Shown: positions 20,830 to 29,760, counted from the stretch's first letter. The stretch: DNA of 58,050 nucleotides from Lentisphaerota bacterium (GCA_037127655.1 JBAXXY010000002.1:1-58050); one strand, 5' to 3'. A program made the numbers and translations. The notes: generated by a model from the sequence alone, not told the origin.

Positions 20830-21416
20830 AAAACCTCTCAAGAATCTTATTAGGTTTATCAATTATTGTACTTGGCGCCTGCACCAGTACTCACATACCG
20901 CCAGCTGATCCTAATCAGGGAGATTTAAGCCAGTCTCAGATTGGACAACTCTCTCAGAAAAAACTTCATGTCCCATGCAGAGTGGAAGTTCACTGCGTTG
21001 ATACTATAAAAGGAGACAGCAATGCTACCTGGAGAGATCACTACTACACTTATCCGCTTCAACAAATACTTACCAGCAGTTTTAATAGTGCTATCTACGC
21101 TGCATTCGACCAACCAGGAAGCGAAGTTGTTGACGCATTTACTGTTTATGTAACTGTGCCTGAATCAAGATTTATCTATACCGGCAGCGGTGATTGCGAA
21201 TATAAGCTGCAAGTCATTGTAAGATTCGATGAACCTGGTGAAAAGAAGATAACAGCGTTTACTCTAGACCAATCCTTTGAAGGAAAAATCACTAATTATG
21301 ATGCAGTTCCTCCAGTAGTCTATGATGCTTCGAGGTCTCTTGCCTACAGAGCAATTGAAACTATTATAAAGAATCCTAAAGTCATAAAGACTGTCAAGAG
21401 ATTTGAAGAGAAGTAA
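20826..21416 (+). CDS. lipoprotein of unknown function
   Basis: Lipobox VLGAC. 4-nt ATGA overlap with the upstream gene suggests translational coupling. Confidence 0.55.
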   Translation: MKNLSRILLGLSIIVLGACTSTHIPPADPNQGDLSQSQIGQLSQKKLHVPCRVEVHCVDTIKGDSNATWRDHYYTYPLQQILTSSFNSAIYAAFDQPGSEVVDAFTVYVTVPESRFIYTGSGDCEYKLQVIVRFDEPGEKKITAFTLDQSFEGKITNYDAVPPVVYDASRSLAYRAIETIIKNPKVIKTVKRFEEK

Positions 21417-21431
21417 TTCTATATTTTGAAT

Positions 21432-21466
21432 AAGGCGGTAGAAAATGATCTACCGCCTTATTTTTT
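21432..21466 (+). terminator. Rho-independent terminator
   Basis: 11-bp stem AAGGCGGTAGA / TCTACCGCCTT with a 6-nt loop, followed by A-TTTTTT. Confidence 0.85.
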
Positions 21467-21482
21467 ATATTTGGAGATTCAA

Positions 21483-22112
21483 ATGTTAGAATTCATTAGA
21501 AATAATCTGCTTGAGATATTTGGTGTAGTAATGAGCATCGTATATCTCTATTTCTCAATCAATAGGAATATACTTTTATGGGTTATGGGAATTATTTCTT
21601 CGTCTGCCTATATAATAATTTTCTATAAAGATTGTTTATACGCTGACGCAATACAAAACCTATATTATGTGCTAGTGAGTATCTACGGCTTTGCAACATG
21701 GTACATGAATAGAAATTCTATCGGTAAAAGCGTTTTCAATACAGATGTATGTGTTATGACCCCAAAAGACACAACTAGATATATTTGTATATGGTTGACT
21801 TTATTTGTAGTAATTTACTGCTTAGTTCGTTATCTGCCTGATGTTTTAAATATTACGACTGCCAGCATTCCTTTGGTGGACAGCATTCTGACAAGCGCGG
21901 CTCTTGTCGCTACCTGGATGATGACAAAAAGGCTTCTCGAACAGTGCGCTGTATGGATAGTAATTGACTTTGCCTACATCGTTGTCTATGCGTATAAAGG
22001 CCTGTTATTAACAGCTTTTTTATTCGTGATATACACCATAATGGCTGTGATAATGTTTATTCAATGGAGAAAACAGTATAAACTTCAGCTTCAAAGAACT
22101 AAAATGAGATGA
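21483..22112 (+). CDS. pnuC: nicotinamide riboside transporter PnuC family
   Basis: About 7 TM with a PnuC-like N-terminal pattern (FGVVMSIVYLYFSINRNILLWVMGIISSSAYIIIFY...GFATW). Start set at the ATG after GGAG, because the longer ORF would run through the terminator. Confidence 0.75.
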   Translation: MLEFIRNNLLEIFGVVMSIVYLYFSINRNILLWVMGIISSSAYIIIFYKDCLYADAIQNLYYVLVSIYGFATWYMNRNSIGKSVFNTDVCVMTPKDTTRYICIWLTLFVVIYCLVRYLPDVLNITTASIPLVDSILTSAALVATWMMTKRLLEQCAVWIVIDFAYIVVYAYKGLLLTAFLFVIYTIMAVIMFIQWRKQYKLQLQRTKMR

Positions 22113-22231
22113 CTAAGGTCACTCATTTCTATAGAAGTTGCCTCAAAGCTTATTACTATTGAAAGGTTTCTAAAAAGTTTAACCGTCAGGAAAAACTCTT
22201 ATTAATTTACAAATATTCTACTTTTAAAGTA

Positions 22232-22260
22232 TTGACTTCATTTCCTGTAAAAACTAGAAT
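22232..22260 (+). promoter_or_regulatory. sigma70-like promoter (TTGACT-N17-TAGAAT)
   Basis: Near-consensus hexamers 60 nt upstream of the 22321 ATG (AAGGAG Shine-Dalgarno). Confidence 0.5.
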
Positions 22261-22320
22261 TTCAATATTGATTTGTTCATTCTTCAAAGTGTTCACAAAA
22301 AAATAAGGAGTACAAATTTC

Positions 22321-23481
22321 ATGAAACACAAAAGGGGATTTTTAACAACGGCATGTACAACGCTGGCATTAGCAAGCGTATTTACATGTAATGTATTTTC
22401 AGCTGACATTAATGACTTCAGCGCTGCAAGAGAATTCCAGGGCACTGCCACTCCGTTGATCCAGTGCAATTTACTTTCAGGATTCAATGATAACTGGCGC
22501 GGAATGATAACTTATACCGCTCTTCCCGGTACTATTTTCAAGGGACCAAGCACAGACAGCAATGGAAAAACTACCCTTGGCACAGTTCTTTTTACAATTG
22601 ACAGGGTCGGAAGACAAATATTATTGGATCAATATGTAGCTCAGTATCAGATAGCTAAAGAAAATTATGAAAGAGATGTAAAACTTTTCAAGACAAATGC
22701 TATTCCAGAACAACAGTTAGCTACTGACAAAGCTGCTTATTATGCAGCAATAGCACAGGTAAAACAGCAGCAATATCTAGTGAATCTTTGCGTAATTCGC
22801 GCTCCTTTTGATGGGATAGTTGTCAGCGTGAACAATGTCGGCTGGCTCTCAGGTGAACCTCCTGTTATGCAGATTGCCCAGTTAAAACCAATGGGAATTG
22901 CTGTACCGATGGACAGAAGTTTAGCTAATAAAATTACCCCTTCAACTCCTATAACAATCTACCCAGATCCAAGCATCAGTAAAGATATTTTTGGTGTTGC
23001 AAGAGGATATTCAATCCTGACAGCTACTGGTGTTACTTTTACAATTGCTAACTATCAGGTAAAGAAGGAAGTTGATGGAAAAACATACCCAATTGTTACC
23101 TCAGCATCTCCTATAGTACCTTTTAGGTTTGCAGACCAGAATAAACTATCATTGAATTCTACTAATATTTTTAAGGATGACAAAGGTTCATTCGTATGGT
23201 TGGCAGTAGGACAGAAAGATCTGACTACAAAAGGAATAGATAAAATTTTTTCTGTAAAGAAAGTCTATGTTGAAATTACATCTGAATCAGCAGACGGCGC
23301 TATCTTTGCAAAATTTGTTGTTTTGAAGGAAAACAAAGATCTGGCAGCCTACGACATGGTCATAGGAGATATGCCTGAGGGAGTCAAGGATGGAGATATG
23401 GTTTCATTCCAGGACCCAAGATTTGTATTTATGCCTGGAGATAATGTCAGAGTTGTAATTGGCCCACAACCTGCAAAATAA
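22321..23481 (+). CDS. periplasmic adaptor (HlyD/MFP)-like secreted protein, paralogue 1
   Basis: Signal peptide, coiled-coil hairpin region, and the lipoyl-closing motif IRAPFDGIVVSV typical of membrane-fusion proteins. The C-terminal half is atypical. Confidence 0.6.
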   Translation: MKHKRGFLTTACTTLALASVFTCNVFSADINDFSAAREFQGTATPLIQCNLLSGFNDNWRGMITYTALPGTIFKGPSTDSNGKTTLGTVLFTIDRVGRQILLDQYVAQYQIAKENYERDVKLFKTNAIPEQQLATDKAAYYAAIAQVKQQQYLVNLCVIRAPFDGIVVSVNNVGWLSGEPPVMQIAQLKPMGIAVPMDRSLANKITPSTPITIYPDPSISKDIFGVARGYSILTATGVTFTIANYQVKKEVDGKTYPIVTSASPIVPFRFADQNKLSLNSTNIFKDDKGSFVWLAVGQKDLTTKGIDKIFSVKKVYVEITSESADGAIFAKFVVLKENKDLAAYDMVIGDMPEGVKDGDMVSFQDPRFVFMPGDNVRVVIGPQPAK

Positions 23482-23504
23482 TTATTAGATACTAGCCTTT
23501 TTTG

Positions 23505-23537
23505 AGACCCGGCAATCACTTGCCGGGTCTTTTTTTT
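23505..23537 (+). terminator. Rho-independent terminator
   Basis: AGACCCGGCA-atcact-TGCCGGGTCT followed by a run of 7 T. Confidence 0.85.
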
Positions 23538-23636
23538 ACTAAAAAACTATGATGGATAGTCAATTCCAAAGAATTTATATAACTTTTAAATGGAATGTCT
23601 TGTCAGAGTAAAATGAATATGATAAAATTCCTAGCA

Positions 23637-23666
23637 TTGCCAACATTACGGAACATTATTTATACT
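23637..23666 (+). promoter_or_regulatory. candidate promoter (TTGCCA-N18-TATACT)
   Basis: Hexamers 25 nt upstream of the 23692 ATG region. AAGGAGAGGG Shine-Dalgarno. Confidence 0.35.
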
Positions 23667-23691
23667 AGAAACAAAATAAAGGAGAGGGAAA

Positions 23692-24933
23692 ATGAATTGG
23701 AAAGCAATCGGCCTTGCAGCAGTTTTCGGAACGCTTCTTGGCACATCATCTTTCGGGGCAGACGCTGCTCCGATAACAGACTTGAACGCAAAAAGAACAT
23801 TCACAGGCACGGTGGTCTATGTGGCTGGCGGACAACTCCAATTTGGATTTAACGATTCACACCGCGGTTGGGTTGACTTCTCAGCAAGACCTGGTTTTCT
23901 TTTCAGAGGACCGGTAAAAGATGTTGATGGCAACATCATCAGACAGGGTGACATGCTAATGCATCTCACAGACACATACAGAGTAGCAATGGTGGCTCAG
24001 AATATTGCAGCTGTAAGACTAGCAGAAGTTAACCTGAATTATGATAAATGGCAATATGATATGGTTAAGAAACTTCAACCAACAGCCGCCGTTTATGAAA
24101 TGCAGGTAAGACAGGCCGAACAGGCTTATTTCGGAGCTATTGCATCTCTCGAAAGTGCAAAAGCAGCGCTTATTCAGGTTCAGCAGTTACTAGAAGTCTG
24201 CACAATGAGAGCTCAGTATGACGGCATTGTAGATTCAATGCTAGTACCAGCTGGCTACCTATCAGGGGAAGAGCCTGTTATGAAAGTCTATGAAATGAAC
24301 CCAATAGGCATCAATGTTACTCTAGACAGCAAGCTCGTAGGTAAGATTAACCACAACACTCCTATTACCATCACCTCAAGTAGAGATGGTTCAAAACCTG
24401 TAGGAGTCTGTCGCGGAATGACTCTTTATAATGCAGCTGGAAACCCAGGAACTACATTCCAGGTCATAAACAAGCTCTTACTACCTCCTGTAGAAGCAAC
24501 GGGTCTGCCTATCTTTGAAAGATGGGGATTTGCAGCTGATCTGGGACACGATGCTTTAAGCCCTCTCTATCAACCAAAAACTTGCATGATGATTACAGAA
24601 AGATCCATTATTAAAGTTGAAGACAAATACTTTGCCTGGAAAGTTGAAGGCGCTAAAGAAGTTGCTCCTGAAGTTGGTATGAGCTATATCTCCACAGCAA
24701 GACTAGTTCCAATAAGTCTAGGCAAGATCAAAAAGTATTATGACAATAACACAATGATGGTAGAAATAGTCAACGCAGATATAGCTGAAGGCGATGTATT
24801 TCTGAATACAGATATCGTTCCAACTACACTCAAAGACGGCGATAAAGTTTGCTTATTCGATCCAATTTACACATTTATGCCTGGTGACACCGTAACAATA
24901 GAAATCGGGCCAAATCCTGCTACTCTAAAATAG
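23692..24933 (+). CDS. periplasmic adaptor (HlyD/MFP)-like secreted protein, paralogue 2
   Basis: Signal peptide. MRAQYDGIVDSM motif. The C-terminal FMPGDTVTIEIGP matches FMPGDNVRVVIGP of paralogue 1. Confidence 0.6.
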   Translation: MNWKAIGLAAVFGTLLGTSSFGADAAPITDLNAKRTFTGTVVYVAGGQLQFGFNDSHRGWVDFSARPGFLFRGPVKDVDGNIIRQGDMLMHLTDTYRVAMVAQNIAAVRLAEVNLNYDKWQYDMVKKLQPTAAVYEMQVRQAEQAYFGAIASLESAKAALIQVQQLLEVCTMRAQYDGIVDSMLVPAGYLSGEEPVMKVYEMNPIGINVTLDSKLVGKINHNTPITITSSRDGSKPVGVCRGMTLYNAAGNPGTTFQVINKLLLPPVEATGLPIFERWGFAADLGHDALSPLYQPKTCMMITERSIIKVEDKYFAWKVEGAKEVAPEVGMSYISTARLVPISLGKIKKYYDNNTMMVEIVNADIAEGDVFLNTDIVPTTLKDGDKVCLFDPIYTFMPGDTVTIEIGPNPATLK

Positions 24934-24957
24934 ACAATTAAGACTCTTAAAGAATCT

Positions 24958-24985
24958 AAAAGGCTGAGTTCGCTCAGCCTTTTTT
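24958..24985. terminator. bidirectional Rho-independent terminator
   Basis: AAA-AGGCTGAG-ttcg-CTCAGCCT-TTTTT lies between convergent genes. The stem overlaps the last codons and stop of the minus-strand epimerase gene. Confidence 0.7.
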
Positions 24986-25939
24986 ATTTCGGTAAAACTC
25001 TATCACATCAAGAATGATATCTTCAAGTGTATATTCTGGAGACCATCCAACAAGATTTTTGATTTTTGTTGTATTAGGCGCTCTATGGAGCATATCCTCA
25101 AATCCTGGAGCGTAGGCTTCACTGTAGGATTTATATATCAATTCAGAAGAAGAACCCGCAAGTTTGACAACAGTCCTGGCCAACTCCTCTATACTGCACG
25201 ATTCATTGCTTCCTATATTGTAAACTTCGCCGTTAAACTCTTTCTCTGACAAAGATAAAAGACAGCGGACAACATCTTTCACATGGCAGAAACATCTGGT
25301 CTGTCTACCAGTTCCAAAAACATTCAGTGATTTACCTCCAAGGGCGCTTTGCACGAACCTCGGAAGAACCATCCCGTATTTACCTGTCTGTCTTGGTCCG
25401 ACAGTGTTGAAAAATCTTACGATGTTCACGGGCAGTTTGAATTCTTTATAAAATGATGTGCAGTAAAATTCATCCAGCAATTTACTGCAGGCATAAGACC
25501 ATCTTGAATGAGTCGGCGGGCCTATAAGCAGGTCATCGTCTTCGGAAAAGACATGTTTAGTTGATTTGCCGTAAACTTCGCTTGTCGAAGCTACTAAAAT
25601 TTTAGTCTTGTTCTGCAAAGCTCCTTCGAGAACTCTTTCTGTTCCTTTGACATTAGTCCTTATGGTATGTACAGGATCCTTTACGACCATGTCCACGCCT
25701 ACTGCCGCGGCAAGGTGAAAAACTATGTCGCTTCTCGATATTATGTATTCCAAAGCGCTAAGGTCTAGAATATTACCCTTAATAAAATCCAGCTTAGGAT
25801 TGTCAATCACAGCTTCCAGATTATCTAGGCCCCCTGTCGAAAGGTCATCGATTACTGTGACTTCATCTCCCCTCTTGATTAGACTTTCTGCTAGATATGA
25901 ACCTATGAAGCCTGCTCCTCCGGTAATTAAACAACGCAT
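24974..25939 (-). CDS. NAD-dependent nucleotide-sugar epimerase/dehydratase (SDR family)
   Basis: ITGGAGFIGSYL Rossmann motif and the YACSK catalytic YxxxK. Confidence 0.85.
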   Translation of the reverse strand: MRCLITGGAGFIGSYLAESLIKRGDEVTVIDDLSTGGLDNLEAVIDNPKLDFIKGNILDLSALEYIISRSDIVFHLAAAVGVDMVVKDPVHTIRTNVKGTERVLEGALQNKTKILVASTSEVYGKSTKHVFSEDDDLLIGPPTHSRWSYACSKLLDEFYCTSFYKEFKLPVNIVRFFNTVGPRQTGKYGMVLPRFVQSALGGKSLNVFGTGRQTRCFCHVKDVVRCLLSLSEKEFNGEVYNIGSNESCSIEELARTVVKLAGSSSELIYKSYSEAYAPGFEDMLHRAPNTTKIKNLVGWSPEYTLEDIILDVIEFYRNKKG

Positions 25940-26075
25940 CTCAAATCCTGAAAATTAAAGTTTATAAAAGAATAAAATATACAGGAAACCATATATCATT
26001 TTACCTGCAGATTAAATATAATATATGAAAAATCAACCTTATTACTAAAAACTGACTGCCAGACGAGTAAAAATA

Positions 26076-26354
26076 GTGGATAAAATATCATCTGAAGCAA
26101 AAATTAAAAATAATTTGGGATTGCATGCCAGGCCATCTGCTGTTTTTGTACAGGCTGCATCCAAATTTGATGCGGATATAACGATTGAGAGAAATGGCGA
26201 TATCGTTAATGGGAAAAGCATCTTAGGATTGCTTATGTTGGCCGCAGGACATGGAAGCATTATAAAAATCTCAGCATCAGGTACGGATGCCCATTTCGCT
26301 GTTGCTACTTTAGTGAAGCTTGTGGAAGAGGATTCGGAATTCAACGAGATATGA
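26076..26354 (+). CDS. ptsH: phosphocarrier protein HPr
   Basis: GLHARPSA active-site His context and the GKSILG regulatory Ser context. GTG start. Confidence 0.85.
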   Translation: MDKISSEAKIKNNLGLHARPSAVFVQAASKFDADITIERNGDIVNGKSILGLLMLAAGHGSIIKISASGTDAHFAVATLVKLVEEDSEFNEI

Positions 26355-28144
26355 GCGACATAAAAGACTCCAAACCAGAGATAATTCTTTTAGGTATCCC
26401 TGCATCACCCGGAATAGCTATCGGCACAGCCCTTGTTTTAGGCAACAGGATTTCTAATATCGAAAAGCGTACTATTCTTCCATTTCAAATATCCGATGAA
26501 TTTGATAAATTTGAAAAAGCTATTGAATTAACCAGAAAACAAATCTTTGCCATCAGAGAAAAAGTAATAAAAGAATTAAAAGACCAGCAGGATGCCAAGA
26601 TTTTTGATGCCCATATTCTCATACTTGATGACAACACTTTACTAAATTCTGTCAAACAAGAAATCAAGAAATCTCTAATAAGCGCCGATTATGCGTTCTT
26701 TGAGAGAATTCAATCTTATGTAAAAGCCGTAAATAAAATAGATGACCCATACCTTAGAGAAAGAGCATCTGATATACGAGATGTGGCATCAAGAGTTATT
26801 TTAAATATGCAAGGCAAAGAAATTGAAGAACTCAAAAACCTGCCTGGGCAGCGCATTATTGTCAGTCCCGAACTTTCTCCGTCAGATACTGTAACCATGG
26901 ATAGAGATAATGTTCAGGCTATTGCAACCGAAACAGGTAGTCGAACTTCTCATGCAACCATAATAGCAAGATCCATGAAAATTCCCGCTGTTGTAGGTCT
27001 AAAATCAAATCTATCTCAAGCCCGCTCCGGCGATATTATAATTGTTGATGGCTATCAGGGCATAGTAATTATCAATCCTTCCATAGACTCCTTAAATTTG
27101 TATGCGAAAAGAGAAATTATCGGCGGAAAGCTTATCGGAGAACTCAGAGGGGAATCAAACCTAAGACCCGAAACACTTGACGGATATATGATTCAACTAT
27201 GCGCCAATATCGAACTTCTGGAAGATATAAAGGAAGCTGACGCTAACAAAGCCGCAGGAATTGGTTTGTATAGGACAGAATATCTTTACATCTCCAGAAA
27301 CGAGCTTCCCAGTGAAGAAATTCAATTTGAAACCTACAGCGCTGTCGCTCGCTCGGCAAAAGGTAAACATGTCATAATAAGAACTCTCGATTTGGGCGGC
27401 GATAAGGTTCTTCATACAGATATTAATTTTTACTCCGAGAAAAACCCTTTCCTGGGTTTTAGGGCTATAAGACTATGCCTCGCCTACCCTGAGATGTTTA
27501 AGACTCAACTAAGAGCAATTTTGCGGGCCAGCGTGCACGGCGATATTAAAATCATGTTCCCGATGATAAGCTGTCTGGAAGAAGTCACTAAAGCTTTGCA
27601 GATACTAAACGAAGCAAAACTTGAACTCGACCAGAAGAATATTCCTTACTCAAAGAACATCGAAACAGGAATTATGATTGAAACTCCTTCAGCCGCGCTC
27701 ATGGCTGACAAACTTGCAGAAAAAGTTGATTTCTTTAGTTTGGGTACAAATGACCTTGTCCAATATACGATGGTTGTTGACAGAAACAGCGAAAAAGTAG
27801 CTTATTTGTATCAGCCTTCCCATCCATCCGTCCTGACTCTTATCAAGCATGTCGTGGACGCAGCCAAAAAGCACGGTATCTGGGTAAGCATTTGCGGAGA
27901 AATGGCTAGCGACCCACAATACACAGTGCTTCTCATTGGGCTTGGATTGAATGAACTAAGCATGAGTCCTGTCTCAATTAATATCATTAGGAAAATCATC
28001 AGAAATACAAAAATGCATGAAGCTGAAAAAATCGTCGAACAGGCTTTGAATTGCTCAACAGCTGAAGAAGCTTTAACTATCTCTCTGGATTACCTAAAAA
28101 AAATTGTGCCTGATATTTATAACATTGTGATTAAAGGTTCCTAA
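26351..28144 (+). CDS. ptsI: phosphoenolpyruvate-protein phosphotransferase (PTS enzyme I)
   Basis: GSRTSHATIIARS phosphohistidine motif, the PEP-utilising TIM barrel (GLYRTEYLY, GTNDLVQY) and ICGEMA. ATGA overlap with ptsH. Confidence 0.95.
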   Translation: MSDIKDSKPEIILLGIPASPGIAIGTALVLGNRISNIEKRTILPFQISDEFDKFEKAIELTRKQIFAIREKVIKELKDQQDAKIFDAHILILDDNTLLNSVKQEIKKSLISADYAFFERIQSYVKAVNKIDDPYLRERASDIRDVASRVILNMQGKEIEELKNLPGQRIIVSPELSPSDTVTMDRDNVQAIATETGSRTSHATIIARSMKIPAVVGLKSNLSQARSGDIIIVDGYQGIVIINPSIDSLNLYAKREIIGGKLIGELRGESNLRPETLDGYMIQLCANIELLEDIKEADANKAAGIGLYRTEYLYISRNELPSEEIQFETYSAVARSAKGKHVIIRTLDLGGDKVLHTDINFYSEKNPFLGFRAIRLCLAYPEMFKTQLRAILRASVHGDIKIMFPMISCLEEVTKALQILNEAKLELDQKNIPYSKNIETGIMIETPSAALMADKLAEKVDFFSLGTNDLVQYTMVVDRNSEKVAYLYQPSHPSVLTLIKHVVDAAKKHGIWVSICGEMASDPQYTVLLIGLGLNELSMSPVSINIIRKIIRNTKMHEAEKIVEQALNCSTAEEALTISLDYLKKIVPDIYNIVIKGS

Positions 28145-28146
28145 GA

Positions 28147-28602
28147 ATGAAAACTAGACCAAACTGGGATGAATATTTCATGAAGATAGCCGAGGCTACA
28201 GCCTCAAGAAGCAACTGCTGTAGAAGGAATGTCGGAGCAGTCATAGTAAAAGACAAGAGAATCATCTCCACCGGATATAACGGCACACCAAGAGGAATTA
28301 CAAATTGTTCAGACGGCGGATGTCCAAGATGCAATTCATCTGCTTCGTCAGGAGAGAACCTCGACCAGTGTCTCTGCTCGCATGCAGAAGAAAATGCCAT
28401 TGTACAGGCCGCATACCATGGAGTTTCGGTAAAAGACTCCAGCATCTACACCACTTTCAGCCCTTGCCTTATTTGCACTAAAATGATTATCAATGCAGGG
28501 ATTAAGGAAGTCATCTATAAGGAACTCTATAAGTTTGACGATATAGCAAAAAGACTTTTTAATGAAACTAATATCCTTATCAGAGAAGTTTCAAAAGAGT
28601 AA
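28147..28602 (+). CDS. deoxycytidylate (dCMP) deaminase
   Basis: Zinc motifs CSHAEENAI and PCLICTKMI. ComEB/dCMP deaminase size. Confidence 0.85.
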   Translation: MKTRPNWDEYFMKIAEATASRSNCCRRNVGAVIVKDKRIISTGYNGTPRGITNCSDGGCPRCNSSASSGENLDQCLCSHAEENAIVQAAYHGVSVKDSSIYTTFSPCLICTKMIINAGIKEVIYKELYKFDDIAKRLFNETNILIREVSKE

Positions 28603-28784
28603 TTCTCACGCTGATAAAAGCTAAAAATGACAATGACTTTGAGCTAATTGAGTCTCTGGCAAGAGAGATATGGAGTGAATGGAAAAACTCTTTTGGTCGT
28701 TCTTGTCAAAAAACTAAGAACAATACACCTAAAACTTTCCTGGAAGTTCGACTTGTACCTAATGTCTGGATACTCTTGATTAGA

Positions 28785-29312
28785 CTATTTTACTTGTAAG
28801 CTTTTCTCCTTATTCAAAGCAATTTTAGCATTCCTGCGAATAGCTCTTCTCTTCTTATAATTATTAATTAATTTTACAGAACCAAAATAGCCTATGATGC
28901 CAAAAACAATCCCCATTATTGGTCCGCCGACAAAATATGACAAAAGAAGCTTCCAGCCTATATGAGACATGGTATCAAAACTAAAAGACGAAAATACCTC
29001 TTTAAATGATTGATTGATTTCATCTAATGTCAAATCCAAACCCAATATCTTAGCTCCAAGCAAACAAGCTGCAGGATATAAAAAAGGCGTTGTGTAAGGA
29101 TTTGAGAAGAAAGTAAAAAGCACGGATAAAGCCTTGTTTGCTCTCAATATAAATGCCAGAATAATAGCTAGAACAAACTGGAAGAAAGGAATTGCTATTG
29201 AGCAAAACAGCCCGATGGCAACTCCCATTGAAGTCGCGTATATCGTACCATGCGAACCCAGAAGCTTCACATAGGCTCTTTTTATTGTTCTTTTATGTTT
29301 TTTTGAAAGCAT
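28785..29312 (-). CDS. DUF2062 family membrane protein
   Basis: Basic N-terminus, then TSMGVAIGLFCSIAIPF...LRANK...FFSNPYTTPF, the typical DUF2062 pattern. Confidence 0.65.
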   Translation of the reverse strand: MLSKKHKRTIKRAYVKLLGSHGTIYATSMGVAIGLFCSIAIPFFQFVLAIILAFILRANKALSVLFTFFSNPYTTPFLYPAACLLGAKILGLDLTLDEINQSFKEVFSSFSFDTMSHIGWKLLLSYFVGGPIMGIVFGIIGYFGSVKLINNYKKRRAIRRNAKIALNKEKSLQVK

Positions 29313-29394
29313 TAATATCTCAAGATTTTCTTAACAATCGTAACATGGACAGGATGCCCGCAGACACGGGCGAGACGCCCGTGATACGAATATA

Positions 29395-29760
29395 TTAGCG
29401 CTTAATTGTGATCATTAGCTGTTTACCATTTACAGAATCGCCAACTTTTACTGTAATTTTATCAATAGTTCCTGTAACAGGCGCAAGGATGGTATTTTCC
29501 ATCTTCATGGCTTCTAGAACCAGGAGCTTGTCTCCGGACTTAACACTTTGTCCTTCTTTTACTAAAATCTCCACAATAAGTCCTGGAAGAGGAGCGTTAA
29601 CCGAGCTTATGCCTGTAGCTTCTTTTTTGGAAAAGATGTGCCCTATTTTTGACGAAAGCTGAGCAGGGAGCTCTCGTATTGAAGATGAAGCTACAGAGAC
29701 TTCTTCAACTTCCACTATGTAGCTTTGATTGTTGATTTTTACATTAAAATTTTTCTTCAT
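29395..29760 (-). CDS. biotin carboxyl carrier subunit (methylmalonyl-CoA decarboxylase gamma / transcarboxylase 1.3S-like)
   Basis: C-terminal biotinyl domain with LEAMKMEN. Immediately downstream of the carboxyltransferase. Confidence 0.85.
   Translation of the reverse strand: MKKNFNVKINNQSYIVEVEEVSVASSSIRELPAQLSSKIGHIFSKKEATGISSVNAPLPGLIVEILVKEGQSVKSGDKLLVLEAMKMENTILAPVTGTIDKITVKVGDSVNGKQLMITIKR

Noticed and set aside
21426-21482. N-terminal extension of the PnuC ORF from a TTG at 21426.
   Set aside because: The extension is the Rho-independent terminator of the upstream operon (11-bp stem plus T-run). The ATG at 21483 has a GGAG Shine-Dalgarno.
23595-23852. 85-aa ORF overlapping the start of the second adaptor-like gene.
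   Set aside because: It spans the promoter and Shine-Dalgarno region and runs out of frame into the well-supported 23692 CDS. Its composition is Arg/Cys-rich and non-protein-like.
28602-28798. Frame reading ILTLIKAKNDNDFELIESLAREIWSEW..., reminiscent of the N-terminus of a GNAT acetyltransferase, in the dCMP deaminase / DUF2062 spacer.
   Set aside because: Only about 27 residues are suggestive, there is no ATG or GTG start, and the rest of the frame is non-GNAT-like and runs into the convergent gene. At most it is a short gene relic, and the evidence is too thin to call a pseudogene.
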